A stretch of 64,000 nucleotides of DNA from Candidatus Cloacimonadota bacterium (GTDB taxonomy: Bacteria > Cloacimonadota > Cloacimonadia > Cloacimonadales > TCS61), in the NCBI GenBank assembly GCA_030600585.1, contig JAUVLU010000009.1:3698-67697 (forward strand), written 5' to 3'. Positions 63,118-64,000 of this stretch are shown here, piece after piece. Under the pieces are notes generated by a model, which worked only from the letters and a program-made list of their open reading frames with translations, was not told the DNA's origin and made no database searches. Within the stretch, counting starts at the first letter, position 1, and every line of letters begins with the position of its first letter. A program made the position numbers and the translations under genes.

Positions 63118-64000
63118 TTGAAAACTAATATCAAAGAGATAAGTCAATGCGTAAGAGAACTTACTATAACTATTGAATCGGAAACTGCATTAGCAGATTA
63201 TAATAAAATTGTGAATCAGTTTAAAAAATACGTCGCTATTCCCGGATTCCGTAAAGGTAAAGCACCTGTTTCAATGATCGTAAAATCTTTCGGCACACAG
63301 ATCAAGGAAGAATATTTAAACCAAAAATTAGGTGATTATTACAAAGAGGCAATCGATGCGGAAAAAGTTCACCCGATCAATCATGGTGAAGCATCTGAAT
63401 TTGAATGGGAAAAAGGAAAAGATCTTGTTGTTACATTCAAATATGAAATAATGCCTGAAATCAAAATTGAAAAATATAAAGGATTAAAAATTCCTTTTGA
63501 ACCGGTTAAATTTAAAAAAGAGATGGTAGAAGCAACTTTAGATGATTATAGAAATAAAATGGCTACTGAAATACCTGTCGATACTGCTGAAGCAGGCAAT
63601 ATTATCGAAGCTGTGTTTAAATTCCTAGATGAAAATGATAATGTAACAAAAGAAGTTAATAGAAAATTCGTGCTTGGTGAAAATCAATATTCTAAATTAT
63701 TTAATACTAAGCTTACAGGTGCAAAAGTTGATGATGAAATTAAAACCAAACTATTTACTAAATCTCAGAAATCTGAGGACAAGGATATAGACGATAACAT
63801 CAAAGACAGGGATTTTCTTGTAAAGATCAATGCGATCAAACAAAGAGAGATACCCGAACTTAACGATGATTTTGCCAAAGATATTGAATATGATTCTTTG
63901 AAAGATCTGAAAAGCAAAGTAGAAGAAGAACTTAAAATTAAGATCGAAGAAGATAATAGAGGCAATATGAAAACTGCTGTGCTTGCTCAGCTAATTGACG
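63118..64000 (+). CDS. tig: Trigger factor (N-terminal part; continues beyond the window)
   Basis: TTG start with AAGGAG 5 nt upstream. KTNIKEISQCVRELTITIE...VAIPGFRKGKAPVSMIVKSFG is the ribosome-binding-domain signature. The frame is open to the window end. Confidence 0.85.
   Translation, partial: MKTNIKEISQCVRELTITIESETALADYNKIVNQFKKYVAIPGFRKGKAPVSMIVKSFGTQIKEEYLNQKLGDYYKEAIDAEKVHPINHGEASEFEWEKGKDLVVTFKYEIMPEIKIEKYKGLKIPFEPVKFKKEMVEATLDDYRNKMATEIPVDTAEAGNIIEAVFKFLDENDNVTKEVNRKFVLGENQYSKLFNTKLTGAKVDDEIKTKLFTKSQKSEDKDIDDNIKDRDFLVKINAIKQREIPELNDDFAKDIEYDSLKDLKSKVEEELKIKIEEDNRGNMKTAVLAQLID

Overview
This is an AT-rich (about one-third G+C by eye), gene-dense bacterial chromosome segment. The organism is a diderm: the window has outer-membrane barrels, a TonB-dependent receptor, lipoproteins and sigma-54 control. 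All product calls come from motif recognition in the supplied translations; no database search was possible.

Housekeeping blocks: rsmA-hslO, tRNA-Asp, tilS-hpt-ftsH-hslV-hslU, nadE, sppA and tRNA-Leu-tig.

Metabolism points to an anaerobic amino-acid fermenter: iorAB, a tungsten-type aldehyde:ferredoxin oxidoreductase followed by ThiF-like and ThiS-like genes, a GcvT-like aminomethyltransferase and MobB. The gene content and the many small hairpin repeats recall uncultured Cloacimonadota-like lineages, but that is inference only.

Signalling genes: two GGDEF cyclases, a PAS-HD-GYP protein, a receiver-PAS protein with a C-terminal Cys4 module, and a histidine kinase plus sigma-54 activator pair next to a canonical -24/-12 promoter.

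Most notable loci:
1. 17.6-24.2 kb: an operon mixing ECF-importer parts with a TonB-dependent receptor and three exported proteins that carry four copies of a short sulfite-oxidase-like module.
2. 24.4-27.6 kb: a translationally coupled four-gene membrane module with no family I can name, apparently two paralogous pairs.
3. 45.9-46.9 kb: a RAYT-type HUH transposase bracketed by inverted REP arms, with orphan REP clusters and nested hairpin repeats filling most long intergenic regions.
4. 7.9-8.45 kb: a GIY-YIG gene flanked by direct repeats of the tRNA-Asp 3' end plus terminator, and an exact 50-nt duplicate of the tRNA 5' half.
5. 44184: an in-frame TGA splits an apparently continuous gene.
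6. A type II R-M pair is inserted directly after hslU.

No CRISPR array, rRNA or prophage was seen.
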